Below are positions 137,906-151,673 of a stretch of DNA of 248,000 nucleotides, piece by piece. Source of the DNA: Hyalangium minutum (GTDB taxonomy: Bacteria > Myxococcota > Myxococcia > Myxococcales > Myxococcaceae); the NCBI RefSeq assembly GCF_000737315.1, contig NZ_JMCB01000004.1:20001-268000 (forward strand), written 5' to 3'. The notes beneath the pieces were generated by a model. It worked only from the letters and a program-made list of their open reading frames with translations. It searched no databases and was not told where the DNA came from. The number at the start of each line of letters is the position of its first letter. The stretch's first letter is position 1. The translations under genes and the position numbers were made by a program.

Positions 137906-139435
137906 CTACCGCGAGGCGATCGTCGCCACCGCCGCCTGCGCGTCCTCCAGTTTCACTCCCACCGCCTTCGCCAGCCGCGTGCCGTACTCCGCGTTCGCGC
138001 TGTAGAAGTAGCCCACCATCCGCGCCTTCACCCGCGCGTCACGCACCTGGCCCAGGTCCCCCGCGAGGTTCTTCACCAGCCGCTCCCGCTCCACCGGGGT
138101 CAGCGCCAGGTAGAACGCCCCCGCCTGAGAGAAGTTGTCCGTCTTCGAGATCGCCACCTGCTGCGTCGTCCCGCTCAGCGCCATTTGCGACAGCAGGTAC
138201 GCAGGGGAGTCCGTTGTCTCACGGGTGATGCTCGGCTCGTAGTTCACGTCCGACTTCGTGTGGGCGATGTTCATCGCGCCACCCTGGTTGTTGTTGTTCA
138301 CCGTGGCCCGCGAGCGGTTCACCGGCAGCGACTGGTAGTTCGCACCCACCCGGTAGCGCTGCGTGTCCGCGTAGGAGAACAGCCGGCCCTGCAGCAGCCG
138401 ATCCTCGGAGGGCTCGATGCCCGGAGGCTGCACGCCCGGAGAGAACGCTGCCTGCTCGGTCTCCTCGAAGAAGTTGTCCGGCATCTTGTTCAGCGTGATC
138501 TTCCCCAGCTTGATCGACGGGACCTTGTCCTCCGGCCACACCTTCGTCGCGTCCAGCGGATCGAACGAGAACGCGTCCAGATTCTTCGGATCCAGCACCT
138601 GCGCCGTCAGCTCCCACGACGGGTCCTGGCCCTTGCCGATCGACTCGTAGAGATCATGCGTGGCGTGCTGGAAGTCCTGGCCCTGGATGCGCGTGGCCTC
138701 CTCGGCCGTGAGCGACTTCACGCCCTGCAGCGACTTCCAGTTGAACTTCACGTAGTGCACCTGGCCCTTCGCGTTGACGAACTTGAAGGCGTGTACGCCG
138801 TGGCCGTTCATCTGCCGGTAGTTCGCCGGCACGCCCAGGTCCGAGTACACCTGCGTCAGCATGTGCGTGGACTCGGGCACGTGAGAGAAGAAGTCGAAGA
138901 ACCGGTTGGGATCCTGGCGGTTCGTGATCGGCGACGGCTTCAGCGAGTGCACCATGTCCGGGAACTTGATGGCGTCCCGGATGAAGAACACCGGCAGGTT
139001 GTTGCCCACCAGGTCCCAGTTGCCCTCGTCCGTGTAGAACTTGAGCGCGAAGCCGCGCGGATCCCGCAGCGTCTCCGGCGAGCCCTGCGGGTGGATCACC
139101 GTGGAGAAACGCACGAACATCGGCGTCTTCTTGCCCTTGGCCGTCAGCAGCGAGGCCTTCGTCAGCTGCGAGAAGTCCCCGTAGCTCTCGAAGGTGCCGT
139201 AGGCGCCCACGCCGCGTGCGTGCACCACGCGCTCGGGGATGCGCTCGCGATCAAAACGCGCGAGCTTCTCGATGAGGTGGAAGTCCTCCAGCAGGATTCC
139301 GCCGCGCGGGCCCGCCGTCTTCGAGTTCTGGTTGGAGCCGACCGGTGCGCCCGAGTCCGTCGTCAGGGGAGGGGGATCGGCCAGGGCCGCGCCACCGCTC
139401 AGCAGCGCCGCCAGGAGGAAAGGCTTCAGGTTCAT
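137906..139435 (-). CDS. Secreted monofunctional heme catalase (KatB-like)
   Basis: Signal peptide; FDRERIPERVVHARG; RLFSYADT. Confidence 0.95.
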   Translation of the reverse strand: MNLKPFLLAALLSGGAALADPPPLTTDSGAPVGSNQNSKTAGPRGGILLEDFHLIEKLARFDRERIPERVVHARGVGAYGTFESYGDFSQLTKASLLTAKGKKTPMFVRFSTVIHPQGSPETLRDPRGFALKFYTDEGNWDLVGNNLPVFFIRDAIKFPDMVHSLKPSPITNRQDPNRFFDFFSHVPESTHMLTQVYSDLGVPANYRQMNGHGVHAFKFVNAKGQVHYVKFNWKSLQGVKSLTAEEATRIQGQDFQHATHDLYESIGKGQDPSWELTAQVLDPKNLDAFSFDPLDATKVWPEDKVPSIKLGKITLNKMPDNFFEETEQAAFSPGVQPPGIEPSEDRLLQGRLFSYADTQRYRVGANYQSLPVNRSRATVNNNNQGGAMNIAHTKSDVNYEPSITRETTDSPAYLLSQMALSGTTQQVAISKTDNFSQAGAFYLALTPVERERLVKNLAGDLGQVRDARVKARMVGYFYSANAEYGTRLAKAVGVKLEDAQAAVATIASR

Positions 139436-139543
139436 AGGAGATCTCCGGAGTGAAGGGGTGAAGATGGGAGACCCCTAGAGCACTCGGTGTGCCAAGCCTC
139501 TGAGCCCAGTGGTATTCAGAGGTTATGAACTGGAAGTGCCCCG

Positions 139544-139635
139544 TTACACCGATATATCAGTGCACCCAGCGCGATTTCGGTGGAGAGTGGTACCGATATT
139601 TCGCTGCAGCTATCTTCACCGAGATATCGGTGTAA
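139544..139635. other. Long imperfect inverted repeat between catalase and kamD
   Basis: TTACACCGATAT (139544) / ATATCGGTGTAA (139624) plus inner CAGCGCGATTTCGGT / ACCGATATTTCGCTG. Confidence 0.6.
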
Positions 139636-139748
139636 ACGCATTGGACACAGCCGGGCAGGCTCCAGAGGCAGGCGCCGCATGACGCTCCAAGTCATCGGTG
139701 GACCAGAAAAGTTCAACATTTCTGATGGTTTAGGGGTAAGGTGCCGCC

Positions 139749-141305
139749 ATGCCGGGACCGTTCATCCAAGACGAGCAGATTGCGCACGCGCGCAAGCTGG
139801 CCGAGGAGATCGTCAACCCGATCTTCGACCTCATCCACCACAACACCACTGTGTCCATTGAGCGCACCGTGCTGCGCTTCTTCGGGATTTCGGGGGCGGG
139901 GGCTCGCGGTGTGCCGCTGGCCAACTTGATGGTGGACAAACTAAAGGCGGCCGGGGTGCTCAACCGCGGCGCCGCCTACTGGTATGGCCGGGCGCTGCAA
140001 CTGGGCGCCAAGAGCCCGCTGGAGGCCGTAGAGCGCCTGACCGCACTGCCCACCGAGAAGCTGGGGCCCCTGTCTCCGGAAATGGAGCAGAACCTGCGCG
140101 CCGAGGTGCGCGCCGAGGGCCGCGCCGCGCTCGAGGACATGCAGGGTCGCATCGCCCAGCGCAACGCGCTCCGGCAGCAGTTCCCCATGTCCCCGACGCC
140201 GCACAAGTACGTCATCGTTGCCACCGGTAACATCTATGACGATGTGGACCAGGCGCGCGCGGCGGCCCAGGCGGGCGCGGACATCATCGCGGTCATCCGC
140301 TCCACGGCGCAGTCGTTGCTGGACTACGTGCCCCACGGTGCCACCACCGAGGGCTACGGCGGCACCTACGCCACCCAGGAGAACTTCCGCATCATGCGCG
140401 AGGCCCTGGACGAGGAGAGCAAGAAGCTCAAGCGCTACATTCAGCTGACGAACTACTCCTCCGGCCTGGCCATGTCGGAGATTGCCTTCTGCGCGGCGTA
140501 CGAGAAGCTGGACATGCTCCTCAACGACGCGATGTACGGCATCCTCTTCCGCGACATCAACATGCGGCGGACGTTCATCGATCAGTACTTCAGCCGCCGC
140601 ATCTGCGCCCTGGCCGGCATCATCATCAACACAGGCGAGGACAACTACATCACCACCGCGGACGCGTATGACGCGGCCCACACGGTCATCGCCAGCCAGT
140701 TCATCAACGAGTGCTTCGCCAAGCGCGCGGGGCTCAAGGACTGGCAGCTGGGCATCGGGCACTCGTACGAGATCGATCCGCACCGTCCGGACACGCTCCT
140801 GCTGGAGCTGTCGCAGGCCATGCTGGTGCGGCGCTGCTTCCCTGACGCCCCGCTGAAGTACATGCCGCCCACCAAGCACAAGGAGACGGACATCTTCTTC
140901 AGCCACGCGTACGACGTGATGGCGGACCTGGTGGCCGTCTGGACGCGGCAGGGCATCCAGCTGCTGGGCATGATGACGGAGGCGATGCACACGCCGCTGC
141001 TGGCGGATCGGTACGTGGCGCTGAAGTCCGCTGCCTACCTCCACCGCGCCGCGCGGGGCATCGACGAGGAGTTCACCGTGCGCGAGGACGGGAAGATCGC
141101 CAACCGCGCGCGCGAGGTGTTCGCCAAGGCCATGGAGCTGCTGGAGGAGTGCCACAAGGAGGGCATGGTGGCGGCCATCGGCAAGGGGCGCTTTGGCGAC
141201 GTGAAGCGCACGGAGACGGGCGGCAAGGGCCTGGATGGCGTGCTCGAGAAGGCGCCGGACTATTTCAATCCGTTCTTGGAGATTCTGGAGGGTACGCACT
141301 CATGA
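139749..141305 (+). CDS. kamD: Lysine 5,6-aminomutase alpha subunit
   Basis: TTVSIERTVLR, IVATGNIYDD, RSTAQSLLDY, YMPPTK. Confidence 0.93.
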   Translation: MPGPFIQDEQIAHARKLAEEIVNPIFDLIHHNTTVSIERTVLRFFGISGAGARGVPLANLMVDKLKAAGVLNRGAAYWYGRALQLGAKSPLEAVERLTALPTEKLGPLSPEMEQNLRAEVRAEGRAALEDMQGRIAQRNALRQQFPMSPTPHKYVIVATGNIYDDVDQARAAAQAGADIIAVIRSTAQSLLDYVPHGATTEGYGGTYATQENFRIMREALDEESKKLKRYIQLTNYSSGLAMSEIAFCAAYEKLDMLLNDAMYGILFRDINMRRTFIDQYFSRRICALAGIIINTGEDNYITTADAYDAAHTVIASQFINECFAKRAGLKDWQLGIGHSYEIDPHRPDTLLLELSQAMLVRRCFPDAPLKYMPPTKHKETDIFFSHAYDVMADLVAVWTRQGIQLLGMMTEAMHTPLLADRYVALKSAAYLHRAARGIDEEFTVREDGKIANRAREVFAKAMELLEECHKEGMVAAIGKGRFGDVKRTETGGKGLDGVLEKAPDYFNPFLEILEGTHS

Positions 141306-141787
141306 TCGGTTCCTTGGTGATGACGGTGGCGCTGGCCGTGAGCAGTGGCGGCTCGGCGGATGCGCTGGTGAAGCACCAGGCGAAGACGCTGACCCTCCAG
141401 GTCCCTGGCGCGTGGGACCGCACCAACGAGGAGGGCACCGAGAAGTTCAAGGCTCCCTCGGGGGATGGGTGGTTCACGCTGGACGTGGGCGCCGTGCAGA
141501 CGGCCGGCATGCAGCCCAAGGTCTGCCTGGACAAGATCCTCACCGCCATGGGCGGCGGCGAGGGCTGGGAGAAGATCAGCCTGGGCCTCAACCCGGCCGC
141601 CAAGAAGGTGAACGTGGACGACGCCACGGAGGATGGCGAGGACAAGGTCCGCTCGGTCACTTACGTGGGCTGCAACGGCAAGACGACGTGGTCCCTCATC
141701 TTCTCCATGAACGACAAGAAGAAGGACCGGTTCGAGCCCCTGGCAGCCAAGATCGCCCAGAGCGTCAGCTACGCAAAGGGGAAGTGA
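141302..141787 (+). CDS. Exported hypothetical protein
   Basis: Signal peptide; ATGA overlap with kamD. Confidence 0.65.
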   Translation: MIGSLVMTVALAVSSGGSADALVKHQAKTLTLQVPGAWDRTNEEGTEKFKAPSGDGWFTLDVGAVQTAGMQPKVCLDKILTAMGGGEGWEKISLGLNPAAKKVNVDDATEDGEDKVRSVTYVGCNGKTTWSLIFSMNDKKKDRFEPLAAKIAQSVSYAKGK

Positions 141788-141794
141788 GCGCCTC

Positions 141795-142580
141795 ATGGTG
141801 AAGCCGACCAAGCAGATCATCCGCCCCTATGGAGACCGCCGCGACGATGGCGTGGTGCAGCTGTCGTTCACGCTCCCGGTGCCGCTGTCAGAGAAGGCCA
141901 AGGAGGCCGCCGCCCAGTTCACGAAGAAGATGGGCTTCTCGGACGTGAAGGTGGCCGCTGCCGAGCGCGCCGCGGACAACTACACGTTCTTCATCGTGTA
142001 CGCCCGGTCGGGCATGTACATCGACTACGCGGAGATCGACGTCCCCGAGGTCGTCATCAAGAAGATGGGGTTCGACGATCTCAACACCTTCATCCAGGAC
142101 AAGGTGGGGCGGCGCATCGTGGTGTTCGGCGCGTGTACCGGCACGGACACCCACACGGTGGGGATCGACGCCATCCTGAACATGAAGGGCTATGCGGGCG
142201 ACTACGGCCTGGAGCGCTACCCGTGGTTCGAGGCCTTCAACCTGGGCAGCCAGGTCCCCAATGACGACCTCATCACCAAGGCACTGGCGAAGAACGCGGA
142301 TGCCATCCTGGTGAGCCAGGTGGTGACTCAGCGCGACGTGCACAAGGACAACTCGCGCCAGTTCATTGATGCGGCCAAGGCGCGGGGTATCCACGGAAAG
142401 ACGATCCTGCTGCTCGGCGGGCCGCGCGTGGACCACAAGCTGGCGCTGGAGCTGGGCTTCGACGCGGGTTTCGGTCCGGGCACCAAGCCGTCCGACGTGG
142501 CCAACTACATCGTGCACGCGCTGCTCAAGAAGATGGGCAAGGAAGACCCGAACGCGCACTACCAGGGAGAGCCCAAGTGA
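141795..142580 (+). CDS. kamE: Lysine 5,6-aminomutase beta subunit (B12-binding)
   Basis: [18 protein letters not shown]; [15 protein letters not shown]; GFGPGT. Confidence 0.93.
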   Translation: MVKPTKQIIRPYGDRRDDGVVQLSFTLPVPLSEKAKEAAAQFTKKMGFSDVKVAAAERAADNYTFFIVYARSGMYIDYAEIDVPEVVIKKMGFDDLNTFIQDKVGRRIVVFGACTGTDTHTVGIDAILNMKGYAGDYGLERYPWFEAFNLGSQVPNDDLITKALAKNADAILVSQVVTQRDVHKDNSRQFIDAAKARGIHGKTILLLGGPRVDHKLALELGFDAGFGPGTKPSDVANYIVHALLKKMGKEDPNAHYQGEPK

Positions 142581-142972
142581 GCACGACCAAGGCCATCATC
142601 CGGCTGCGCATGAGCAGCCATGACGCGCACTACGGCGGCAACCTCGTGGACGGCGCGCGGATGCTGGGGCTCTTTGGCGATGTGGCCACGGAGCTGTGCA
142701 TCCGGCACGACGGGGACGAGGGCCTGTTCCGCGCGTATGACTCGGTGGAGTTCCTGGCACCCGTGTACGCGGGGGACTTCATCGAGGCCGAGGGCGAGAT
142801 CATCAGCACCGGCAATACGTCCCGGAAGATGAAGTTCGAGGCACGCAAGGTCATCCGGCCGCGTACGGATGTGAACGACTCGGCGGCGGACCTGTTGCAG
142901 GAGCCGGTGGTGGTGTGCCGGGCTTCGGGTACCTGCGTGGTTCCCAAGGACAAGCAGCGCATCCAGCGCTGA
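142577..142972 (+). CDS. kal: 3-aminobutyryl-CoA ammonia-lyase (hotdog fold)
   Basis: [19 protein letters not shown]...FLAPVYAGD. Confidence 0.88.
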   Translation: MSTTKAIIRLRMSSHDAHYGGNLVDGARMLGLFGDVATELCIRHDGDEGLFRAYDSVEFLAPVYAGDFIEAEGEIISTGNTSRKMKFEARKVIRPRTDVNDSAADLLQEPVVVCRASGTCVVPKDKQRIQR

Positions 142973-143007
142973 CTTACTCACTCACGCATTCAGAAGAGGG
143001 GGCATCC

Positions 143008-143835
143008 ATGAGTACGCCCATGGTCATCACCGCCGCGATGGTCGGCGCGGAGACGACGCGCGAGCAGACGCCGCACCTGCCCATCACCGCGGAGGAGATC
143101 GCCGAGGACGCGGTGAAGTGCCGCGAGGCCGGCGCGGCGATGGTTCACCTGCACGTACGCACGCCAGATGGCAAGCCGTCGCAGGACGCGGAGCTGTTCC
143201 GAGCGGCGATCCGGGCCATCCGCAAGCGCACGGACATCCTGATTCAGACGTCCACGGGCGGCGCGGTGGGCATGAGCGTGGACGAGCGCTGCGGCCCGCT
143301 GACGCTGACGGGCGCGGATCGCCCGGACATGGCCACGCTGACGACGGGCACGGTGAACTTCGGCCCGGACGTGTTCTGGAACCCGCGTCCGCTGGTGCGG
143401 GACATCGCCAAGCGCATCCGCGCCCTGGGCCTCAAGCCGGAGATCGAGTGCTTCGACGTGGGGATGATCGATGAGGCCAGCATCCTCGCGAAGGAGGGGC
143501 TGGTGGATCTGCCCGCGCACTATGACTTCGTGCTGGGCGTGCCGGGCGCGCTGACGGCGCGGGTGGACGCGCTGGAGTTCATGATCAAGTCGCTGCCCGA
143601 GGGCAGCACGTGGACGGTGGCGGCGGTGGGCCGGCACCAGCTGCCGTTCGTGGAGCACGCGGCCGAGCGCGGCGGCAACGCGCGCGTGGGGCTCGAGGAC
143701 AACATCTTCGTGTCCAAGGGCGTGCTGGCGAAGGGTAATTGGGAGCTGGTGGCGGAGGCGGCCAAGCGCGCCAAGGCCAAGGGCCGCACGCTGGCCACGC
143801 CGGAAGAGGCGCGGAAGATCCTGCGCCTCACCTGA
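143008..143835 (+). CDS. kce: 3-keto-5-aminohexanoate cleavage enzyme (BKACE)
   Basis: HLHVR, STGG, KPEIECFD, RVGLEDN. Confidence 0.92.
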   Translation: MSTPMVITAAMVGAETTREQTPHLPITAEEIAEDAVKCREAGAAMVHLHVRTPDGKPSQDAELFRAAIRAIRKRTDILIQTSTGGAVGMSVDERCGPLTLTGADRPDMATLTTGTVNFGPDVFWNPRPLVRDIAKRIRALGLKPEIECFDVGMIDEASILAKEGLVDLPAHYDFVLGVPGALTARVDALEFMIKSLPEGSTWTVAAVGRHQLPFVEHAAERGGNARVGLEDNIFVSKGVLAKGNWELVAEAAKRAKAKGRTLATPEEARKILRLT

Positions 143836-143897
143836 GCGAGCGCAGCGGGGCCAGATGGAGGCCCGCCCCAGGCCGGGCCGCAGGAGGGAGCCAAGGC

Positions 143898-144674
143898 ATG
143901 GAGACGGAGCTGAGAGGCAAGGGCGTCCTGGTCACAGGAGGCGCGGGAGGCATTGGCAGCGCCACGGTGCGCGCGTTCGCGGAGGAGGGTGCACGGGTGG
144001 CCGTGCACTACCGCTCGAACGAGGACAAGGCGCGGGCCCTCGCGACGGAGGTGGGCGGCGCGGCCGTGCGCGCGGACCTGACCTCCGAGGCCGAGGTGGA
144101 CGCGCTGATCCCCGAGGCGGTGAAGGCGCTCGGGCGGCTGGATGTGGTGGTGGCCAATGCCGGACACTGGCCCTCGCAGGATGAGCCGGTGTGGAAGATG
144201 TCCCTGACCCGCTGGCGCCAGACGCTGGCGGAGAATCTGGACAGCGTGTTCCTCACGTGCCGGGCCTTCCTGCGGCACGTGGAGACGACGAAGGTCGGGA
144301 GCCTGGTGCTCGTGAGCTCCACCGCGGGCCTGTTTGGCGAGGCAGGGCACTCGGACTACGCGGCGGCCAAGGGCGCGCTCGCGAGTGGCTTCGTGAAGAG
144401 CTTGAAGAACGAGCTGGGCCGCATCGCTCCGATGGCCCGAGTGAACGTGGTGTGCCCGGGCTGGACCGAGGTGGATCGCAACCGGGGTAAGCTCCAGGAC
144501 CCAGCGTTCCTGGCCCGAGTAACGCGGACGATGGCGCTGCGCAAGGTGGGGCGGCCGGAGGACATCGCGCGGGTCATCGTGACGCTCGCGTCAGACCGTA
144601 TCTCTGGCCACGTGACGGGCGAGGTCGTCACCGTCGCTGGCGGCATGGAAGGAAGAGTGCTTCATGACACTTGA
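143898..144674 (+). CDS. Short-chain dehydrogenase/reductase
   Basis: [13 protein letters not shown]. Confidence 0.9.
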   Translation: METELRGKGVLVTGGAGGIGSATVRAFAEEGARVAVHYRSNEDKARALATEVGGAAVRADLTSEAEVDALIPEAVKALGRLDVVVANAGHWPSQDEPVWKMSLTRWRQTLAENLDSVFLTCRAFLRHVETTKVGSLVLVSSTAGLFGEAGHSDYAAAKGALASGFVKSLKNELGRIAPMARVNVVCPGWTEVDRNRGKLQDPAFLARVTRTMALRKVGRPEDIARVIVTLASDRISGHVTGEVVTVAGGMEGRVLHDT

Positions 144675-145455
144675 TGTGGATATTCGCGCCTACAACCGTG
144701 AGGCGTGGAATCGGCAGGTGGCCAAGGGAGACCGGTGGACGGTGCCCGTGGGCCCCGAGGTTATCGCCGCCGCGCGCCGGGGCGAGTGGAGCGTCATCCT
144801 CACCCCGCACAAGCCCGTGCCCCGCGAGTGGTTCGGCGAGCTGAAGGGGAAAGAGGTGCTGGGGCTCGCGAGCGCGGGTGGACAGCAGGGCTCGGTGCTC
144901 GCGGCGGCGGGCGCTCGGGTGACGATCTTCGACAACTCGCCGGCTCAGCTTGGACAGGACCGGCTGGTGGCGGAGCGCGAGGGCCTGGAGATTCGCCTCG
145001 TCGAGGGGGACATGCGGGACCTGTCCGTGTTCCCGGACGCAAGCTTCGATCTCATCTTCCACCCGTGCTCCAACTGCTTCGTGGACGACATCCGCCGCGT
145101 CTGGCGCGAGGCCTATCGCGTCCTGCGTCCGGGAGGAGCGCTGCTCTCCGGGTTTTGCAACCCGATCATGTTCCTCTTCGATCCGGAGCTGGAGCCCGAG
145201 GGCATCCTCCAGATGAAGTACCGGATGCCATACTCGGACTTCACCAGCCTCACGGACGCGGAGCGGCGCCGCTACACGGACAAGGGCGAGCCCCTCTGTA
145301 TTGCCCACTCGCTGGAGGAGCAGATCGGTGGGCAGCTCGCTGCGGGTTTCCTCCTGTCCGGGTTTTACGAGGACAAGCACGTCGCCGGAGATCGGCTCGC
145401 GGAGTACATGTCGAGCCTCTGCGCGACGCGAGCGGTGAAGCCCCCAGTTCCGTGA
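144664..145455 (+). CDS. Class I SAM-dependent methyltransferase
   Basis: [19 protein letters not shown]. Confidence 0.88.
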   Translation: MTLDVDIRAYNREAWNRQVAKGDRWTVPVGPEVIAAARRGEWSVILTPHKPVPREWFGELKGKEVLGLASAGGQQGSVLAAAGARVTIFDNSPAQLGQDRLVAEREGLEIRLVEGDMRDLSVFPDASFDLIFHPCSNCFVDDIRRVWREAYRVLRPGGALLSGFCNPIMFLFDPELEPEGILQMKYRMPYSDFTSLTDAERRRYTDKGEPLCIAHSLEEQIGGQLAAGFLLSGFYEDKHVAGDRLAEYMSSLCATRAVKPPVP

Positions 145456-146507
145456 ACTGCTCGCGCGTGGCCCTGTTCGCCTGTTTCCTGGTGCTCGGCG
145501 GGTGCCCGCAGGAGGGTGGGCCCAACAAGCCATCCGGACGTCTCCAAGGCCAGGTAGTGGGACCTGGCAGCCCTCGGGGAGACGCATACGTGTTCCTGTT
145601 CGCTCCGAGCGAGGGCCCTCCTCGGGGGCAGGCTGTGCCTCGCTACGTCACGGCAGTGCCTGATCTGCGGCTGGGAACTGGGGATGCCCGGTTCCTGTTC
145701 GCAGAGGTGAATCCAGGGCCATACCGGCTGTGGGGCTTCTTGGATGCGAACGGAGATGTGGACCTCTCCGTGGACGTGCTCGCCCAGCCGGGCGCGGGCG
145801 ACTGGCTGCCCGCGGCAGGAGTGGAGCTGGAGATTCCTGCGGGGAGCGTCGTGGAGCACGAGCTGACGCTCACTCAACGGAGGCGTCACGATCCTCCCGC
145901 GTTCCGGGTGACAGGGGAGGGGACGGATGGGGGCGTGGTGACGGTGCCGGACTCACTGCTGTCGCTTACGTCTCTCGATGTCGAGGCGGAGGGGCTGGGG
146001 CTCCTGCGCGGCGAGGAGGCACGGTTCTTCGTCCGGCTGGTCGATCGAGACGGAGACGGGAACGCGGATGATCTGAACGGAGACGGAGTGCCGGAGCTGT
146101 TCCCCCAGTTCTTCCTGCGCTTCATGCCGAGGCCCGGGCAGACGGTGCCGATGCAGACGGATGGAGGGCCCTCCCAGGTCATCGTGCCCCTGGTCATCAA
146201 CCCGGTGCCCTTCGTTCCCATCCTTCAGGGAGACGTGACGCGCGAGGCCTCTGCCACGAGCCTGCAGCTCTTCGTCGTGCCGGTGGCGCAGGCCGTCTCG
146301 GAGGCCACGGATGGAGGACAGGTGCTGACGCCGCTCGCGGCCATGCCGGTGGGCGAGTACCAACTCTGGGCACTCTCAGCGGAAGGGGCCTTCTGGTACA
146401 TCCCGAATGCGCTGGGAGCACGAGACTCGGAGGTTTTGCACTCGCAGTCCTTGCGGTTCGAGATTGTCCGAGGGGGCTCGCCCGACGCAGGAAATCCCAT
146501 TAGATAG
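145452..146507 (+). CDS. Lipoprotein with DxDxDG Ca-binding loops
   Basis: LGGC lipobox; DANGD, DRDGDG, DLNGDG. Confidence 0.7.
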   Translation: MNCSRVALFACFLVLGGCPQEGGPNKPSGRLQGQVVGPGSPRGDAYVFLFAPSEGPPRGQAVPRYVTAVPDLRLGTGDARFLFAEVNPGPYRLWGFLDANGDVDLSVDVLAQPGAGDWLPAAGVELEIPAGSVVEHELTLTQRRRHDPPAFRVTGEGTDGGVVTVPDSLLSLTSLDVEAEGLGLLRGEEARFFVRLVDRDGDGNADDLNGDGVPELFPQFFLRFMPRPGQTVPMQTDGGPSQVIVPLVINPVPFVPILQGDVTREASATSLQLFVVPVAQAVSEATDGGQVLTPLAAMPVGEYQLWALSAEGAFWYIPNALGARDSEVLHSQSLRFEIVRGGSPDAGNPIR

Positions 146508-146542
146508 GTGCGCGCTTCAACCCCGCCGATCCGAGGAATCCC

Positions 146543-147079
146543 ATGTCCGAGTCCAAGAGCCTCGACAATCCCCACGAGCTGGCGCTGCGTGACTTCGCGC
146601 TGAGTTTCCCCGGCACCCACGAGGACTTTCCCTGGGGCCACCGCGCCCTCAAGGTGAAGGGCAAGGCCTTCGTCTTCATGGGCCACGAGAGGGGCGGACT
146701 GGGGCTCTCGGTGAAGCTGCCGCAATCCAACGCCGCAGCGCTGATGATGCCGTTCGCCACGCCCACTGGGTACGGCTTGGGCAAGAGCGGCTGGGTGTCG
146801 GCCGACTTCCCCAGGGGGGAGGCGCCTCCCATGGAGATGCTGCGCCAGTGGGTCGAGGAGAGCTATCGCGCCGTCGCTCCGAAGAAGCTCGTGGAGCAGA
146901 TCGGCTCCACGGCCAGCGCTCCCGTTGCTGCGCCGGCCAAGAAGTCCGCGAAGAAGTCCGCGCCTGCCAAGAAGGCTGCATCCGCCAAGAAGTCCGCGCC
147001 GGCCAAAAAGGCTGCACCTGCCAAGAAGGTCGCTGCCGCGAAGAAGAAGCCCGCAGCCCGCGCGAAGCAGGCCCGCTGA
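146543..147079 (+). CDS. MmcQ/YjbR family protein with Ala/Lys-rich tail
   Basis: EDFPWGH..KVKGK..GLGKSGWV; AKK repeats. Confidence 0.85.
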   Translation: MSESKSLDNPHELALRDFALSFPGTHEDFPWGHRALKVKGKAFVFMGHERGGLGLSVKLPQSNAAALMMPFATPTGYGLGKSGWVSADFPRGEAPPMEMLRQWVEESYRAVAPKKLVEQIGSTASAPVAAPAKKSAKKSAPAKKAASAKKSAPAKKAAPAKKVAAAKKKPAARAKQAR

Positions 147080-147095
147080 TCAGCGGCACAGGGCC

Positions 147096-148649
147096 TCAGC
147101 CCAGCCGCTGGACCCAGTGGAAGTACGTGCTGCGCGGATCCGCCAGCGAGTCTCGGAAGAGGGCGCGAATCTCCGCCTTCTCCACCCGGCCCGTGTCGAA
147201 GGCCTGATACAGCGCGTCTCCGAGCAGGTACCCCAGCGCGTGGCTGACGCCGTGGAAGAGCCGGTCCCGCCGCAGGGGCAGCAGCTTCACGGCCTCGTCG
147301 GGGCCCTCCGCCTCCGCCGCCTTGTGCGCCAGCACGAACGCCGCGATCTGCCGCTCCACGCCGCGCATGCGCGCCACCCGCCGGGCCCACTCGGCCAGCC
147401 CCGCGCACCCACGCCGAGGGTTCACCAGCTTCGAGCCGAAGAACCCCAGCGCCTCCTCCATGCAGCGCGCGTAGAACGCATCCGACGCCCGCCGAGGCGC
147501 CTCCATCGCGTCTCCCACCGCGCAGTGCCGGACGAAGTGCGCGGCCTCCTCGGCCGCGTGGTTCAGGGACAGCGACGCCAGGTACGCCATCCGCGCTCGG
147601 GGGATGTAGCTGCTCTCTCGAGACAGGATGTGCCGCCGCAGCTGCGCCAGCTCCACCTGGGTAAACCGTCCGCGCTGCTGGATGCGCGCCAGGACATCCC
147701 CATCCGCCGCTGTCGCCACCTCCACCTCGTCCAGCGCCCGGCCCACCTGCACGCCCGCAAGCCGCGCGATCAGGCTCGCCATCTCCCGGAAGCGATCGGC
147801 CGCGCTGCGATCCCGCAGGGGCGCATCCCCGGCCTCGGCCTCGAGGTAGTCCAGGAAGCTCTGTTGGCACACAACAGGCGATGCGTTGAGCAAGCACAGG
147901 GAACCATCCGCCAGCTCCGCGGCCTCCACCGCACCTGCCCGGCCCTCGCGCGCCAGCCTCCAGTAGACGCCCTCACAGTTCTGGTACACCACCAGCCCCT
148001 GCCGGGCGTGCGTCTCACCGAGCGCTCGCTCGACTTGAGCAGGCAGGTGGCAGGGCGCTACATGGTACTGGCCCACCAGTACCAACACCTGGGGCCGATC
148101 CTCCGCCCGAGCCACCCGCGCAACGCGCTCCGCCGCATAAGCGTCCCGGAGTTCCAGCGAGCGCTCCCCCTGAACCCGCCGATCAATCCCCACCACCTGC
148201 AGCCGGTGGCGCTTGGCGAAGGCGAGCAGGGGCCGGAAGCCGGACCACCCATCCAGTCCAGGGCCCGGTGCCCGGCCGAGCCGCTCCAGCAGTGCGCGCT
148301 CGGGCAGACGGCCCGTCAGATAGTCATCCAGGAAGGCTTGGTGGCGGCCCTCGACACACTCGAGTGCCATCACCACTCGGCGGCCGGACTCCAGGGCCCG
148401 CTCCACCATCCCCAGGTAGGTCTCCTGGGCCAGGGGCAGGGTGTGGTAGTCGCCCACGTACACCACGTCCGCGGCCCTGAGCCGCTGGTGCACCGCGGAG
148501 AGCGGGAGCTCCTGGCGATAGCTGGCCGTCCGCCGCCGGTACCGGGCCTCGTAGGCGCGGAAGGTGGAGGTTTGGCCGTCGACGGCACGGGCAATCTGTG
148601 CCTTCTGACGGCGGAACAGGGCGAAGTGGAGGGCGAGCGACGCGCGCAT
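147096..148649 (-). CDS. ChaN-family (TIKI-like) protein
   Basis: VGDYH, LECV, VGQYH. Confidence 0.65.
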   Translation of the reverse strand: MRASLALHFALFRRQKAQIARAVDGQTSTFRAYEARYRRRTASYRQELPLSAVHQRLRAADVVYVGDYHTLPLAQETYLGMVERALESGRRVVMALECVEGRHQAFLDDYLTGRLPERALLERLGRAPGPGLDGWSGFRPLLAFAKRHRLQVVGIDRRVQGERSLELRDAYAAERVARVARAEDRPQVLVLVGQYHVAPCHLPAQVERALGETHARQGLVVYQNCEGVYWRLAREGRAGAVEAAELADGSLCLLNASPVVCQQSFLDYLEAEAGDAPLRDRSAADRFREMASLIARLAGVQVGRALDEVEVATAADGDVLARIQQRGRFTQVELAQLRRHILSRESSYIPRARMAYLASLSLNHAAEEAAHFVRHCAVGDAMEAPRRASDAFYARCMEEALGFFGSKLVNPRRGCAGLAEWARRVARMRGVERQIAAFVLAHKAAEAEGPDEAVKLLPLRRDRLFHGVSHALGYLLGDALYQAFDTGRVEKAEIRALFRDSLADPRSTYFHWVQRLG

Positions 148650-148763
148650 GGGAAGGAGAGGCGCTGATCAACGTCGCACGTGCCGTGAGGGCCGGCAAAA
148701 AAACGGCGCTGACAGTCAACCCCCCTTCCTTGACTTCGCCTGTAGTGGCAATGGACCATCCTT

Positions 148764-151672
<2,909 letters not shown>

Positions 151673-151673
<1 letters not shown>

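Noticed and set aside
139640-139749. Cobalamin riboswitch upstream of kamD
   Set aside because: No recognisable B12-box (GGGAA...GCCACTG) elements in this short leader
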